Below are positions 46,242 through 48,166 of a stretch of 48,166 nucleotides of DNA, piece after piece; position 1 is the first letter of the stretch; each line of letters starts with the position of its first letter. Source of the DNA: Candidatus Thorarchaeota archaeon (GTDB lineage: Archaea > Asgardarchaeota > Thorarchaeia > Thorarchaeales > Thorarchaeaceae); NCBI GenBank assembly GCA_016839445.1, contig JAEOUG010000130.1:1-48166 (forward strand). Reading direction: 5' to 3'. The notes under the pieces were generated by a model that worked only from the letters and a program-made list of their open reading frames with translations, made no database searches and was not told the DNA's origin. Both the position numbers and the translations under genes were made by a program.

Positions 46242-46997
46242 ATGGACCTTCAACTCGAAGACAGAACGTTTCTTGTGACGGCTGCATCCCGTGGTTTGGG
46301 CTATGGAGTCGCCGAAGCCCTAACCTACGAGAGCGCAAACGTTGTCATATGTGGCAGGTCTGAGAACGACCTGAAGAAAGCGAAGTCACGACTTGGAGAT
46401 AGAGCGAACTACTTTGTGGCTGATGTTGCCGTGGAGCATGATATTGATCTCCTAATAGACCACATTCACTCCTCTTCCCCTGGTCTAGACGGTCTCTACG
46501 TTAATGCAGGGGGTCCCCCACCGGGCGGCTTCAACCAACTTAAAGACTCAGATTGGAATCGGGCAATCGACCTCACACTTATGAGCTCGGTTTGGCTGAC
46601 AAGGAAGAGCCTGCCTCTTCTGAGGAAGTCTCACTCTGCATCGATACTATACAGTACATCTATCTCGGTGAAACAGCCAATAGACAACCTTCTCCTCTCC
46701 AATGCAATCAGACCCGCAGTAGTAGGACTCATGAGGAGCCTCTCCAGCGAGCTAGGCCGCGAGGGAATTCGAGTCAATGCAGTCGGTCCTGGGTATATTC
46801 GCACCGAGCGGGTCAAGGAGCTTCTTGGCGATTCAGAGGAGGCCGAGAGGGCCATAGTAGACAACATCCCAATGGGTCGCATGGGCAGTCCTGAGGAGTT
46901 CGGCGCACTCTGTGCCTTTCTCCTCAGTCCAAAGGCAAGCTACATCCATGGGTCCTTTATTCTAATCGACGGCGGACTATACAAAGGCATGACGTGA
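46242..46997 (+). CDS. Short-chain dehydrogenase/reductase (atypical active site)
   Basis: TAASRGLG, NAGGP, VNAVGPG..T, PMGR.G.PEEF, IDGG. SNxxR replaces YxxxK. Confidence 0.88.
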   Translation: MDLQLEDRTFLVTAASRGLGYGVAEALTYESANVVICGRSENDLKKAKSRLGDRANYFVADVAVEHDIDLLIDHIHSSSPGLDGLYVNAGGPPPGGFNQLKDSDWNRAIDLTLMSSVWLTRKSLPLLRKSHSASILYSTSISVKQPIDNLLLSNAIRPAVVGLMRSLSSELGREGIRVNAVGPGYIRTERVKELLGDSEEAERAIVDNIPMGRMGSPEEFGALCAFLLSPKASYIHGSFILIDGGLYKGMT

Positions 46998-47005
46998 GAA
47001 TGCCC

Positions 47006-47971
47006 TCAGATTCGCAGGTCTTCGGGGTCAAGTCCGCCGCTACGAACGAGGGCCACTCTGGCATAGCTACTCACTTCATCATCATCATCATCTAGGAGTG
47101 GCTTCAGGCTAGCCACAGCTGGAGGATAGGGTGACACGCCCATAGCCCAAGCGGCAACTCGTCTAACCTCCACGGCAGGTGAATCGAGCAGAACTACTAT
47201 TGCTCGCAATATGACCTCGGAACGTTTCTCAACTACTAGCCTAATCATTCTGACCTGTTCCTCAGCAGAGCTGGCAAGAACTGCATCTGCAAGCTTCTCC
47301 AGAGCTCTTGAATCATCCATGTCACGAAGTCCGCGTATCGCCCAGTCTCGAACGGTTTCATCAGGGTCTTCAAGCGCAGCAAGAAGACAATTGATAGTAT
47401 CTGGCGATGAGATGTCACAAAGCGCCCATGCCACAGATTGTCGAATCTCTACATCAGGATCTCCAAGAAGTGCACAGAGAGTTCCTATAGTTTCGTCCTC
47501 CAGATTCTCTGTTAGGGCAAACACCGCCTCCTTTCGAATCCTGACGTCCTCCGAAGAATCTCGTGCAGTGGTTCGAATGGTCTTGTTGTAGGACCTAGGG
47601 TCTGTCTTTCCCAAGATGTGTAGAGACCACTTCCTGATATCGAACTGCTCGTTCTTATCCAACAGCATGTTCTGGATTATCGCATTGAATGAGTCCACTT
47701 GCGAACGATACGCCGCCTGCAATCCCCTTACTCGTATCCTTGAATCTCCATCCTCTAGGGCTCTCTCAATCACAGACAGGGCAAGTCTCGTGTTATAGAG
47801 GTCTACGAGATCAAGGATTCGATGCTTCGTGTCGGATTCGGAGCTACTTGCACTGAACGTATTGTCGAGGAGCTCGATGAACTCATCTGGATTCATGTTC
47901 GCTCTGTCTGCCGCCTCCCTTCTCTCCTGCGGGGTGCTATCAACTGAGAGGTGCTCCAAGAGTGATTTCAT
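47006..47971 (-). CDS. HEAT/PBS-lyase repeat protein
   Basis: Repeated LxDxDxxVRxxAxxAL units. Start uncertain. Confidence 0.85.
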   Translation of the reverse strand: MKSLLEHLSVDSTPQERREAADRANMNPDEFIELLDNTFSASSSESDTKHRILDLVDLYNTRLALSVIERALEDGDSRIRVRGLQAAYRSQVDSFNAIIQNMLLDKNEQFDIRKWSLHILGKTDPRSYNKTIRTTARDSSEDVRIRKEAVFALTENLEDETIGTLCALLGDPDVEIRQSVAWALCDISSPDTINCLLAALEDPDETVRDWAIRGLRDMDDSRALEKLADAVLASSAEEQVRMIRLVVEKRSEVILRAIVVLLDSPAVEVRRVAAWAMGVSPYPPAVASLKPLLDDDDDEVSSYARVALVRSGGLDPEDLRI

Positions 47972-48166
47972 GTTCTTCAAGTCCCGGATGTTGTACGAGC
48001 CCCTAGTAGATCCGAAATGCCGATGCATTGGGTTCATCGAACTGAGTCTTTTCAGGATTCAGCCGTAGTGCGCCATGAAAAGCAGCCATTTGCAGTACAA
48101 AACAGTTGGGGATTACCTGCGCTAGCTGGGTTTCAAGTCCTAAGAAGTCAGGAGCTTGGAGCTGAT

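Noticed and set aside
46242-46997. SDR lacking YxxxK as a novelty
   Set aside because: The SNxxR variant is a known atypical SDR subgroup.

Overview
This is an archaeal chromosomal segment (PAN, TFE, MBF1, NAC, GatDE, EndA, intron-containing tRNAs). The LRR, HEAT and Gly/Pro-rich proteins suggest an Asgard archaeon, possibly Thorarchaeia; this is inference. Most of the window is housekeeping and metabolic genes plus 7 tRNAs, 4 of them with introns, including non-canonical introns at positions 19/20 and 44/45. The first ~19 kb stands out. It carries canonical Orc1/Cdc6 origin-recognition boxes (ORBs) flanking an AT-rich spacer (candidate oriC near 5.7-5.9 kb, plus a further ORB at 1.65 kb) with no orc1/cdc6 gene in view. 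About 16 copies of a pseudo-palindromic (T)GTAATAC(A) motif are spread at roughly 1 kb intervals around an operon encoding an ExeA-like AAA+ ATPase and a ribbon-helix-helix protein, a candidate non-ParA segregation or origin-organising system. Three further small putative nucleic-acid-binding proteins each sit beside their own local motif cluster. Other highlights are an unannotated 55-aa ORF with three VPDLPTEPW repeats (MIM2-like or RiPP-like), a His-less EndA coupled to a PIN-less PINA ATPase, an ECF operon with Moco-fold fusions, and a split LKR/SDH pair. All motif counts were made by eye and need computational confirmation.
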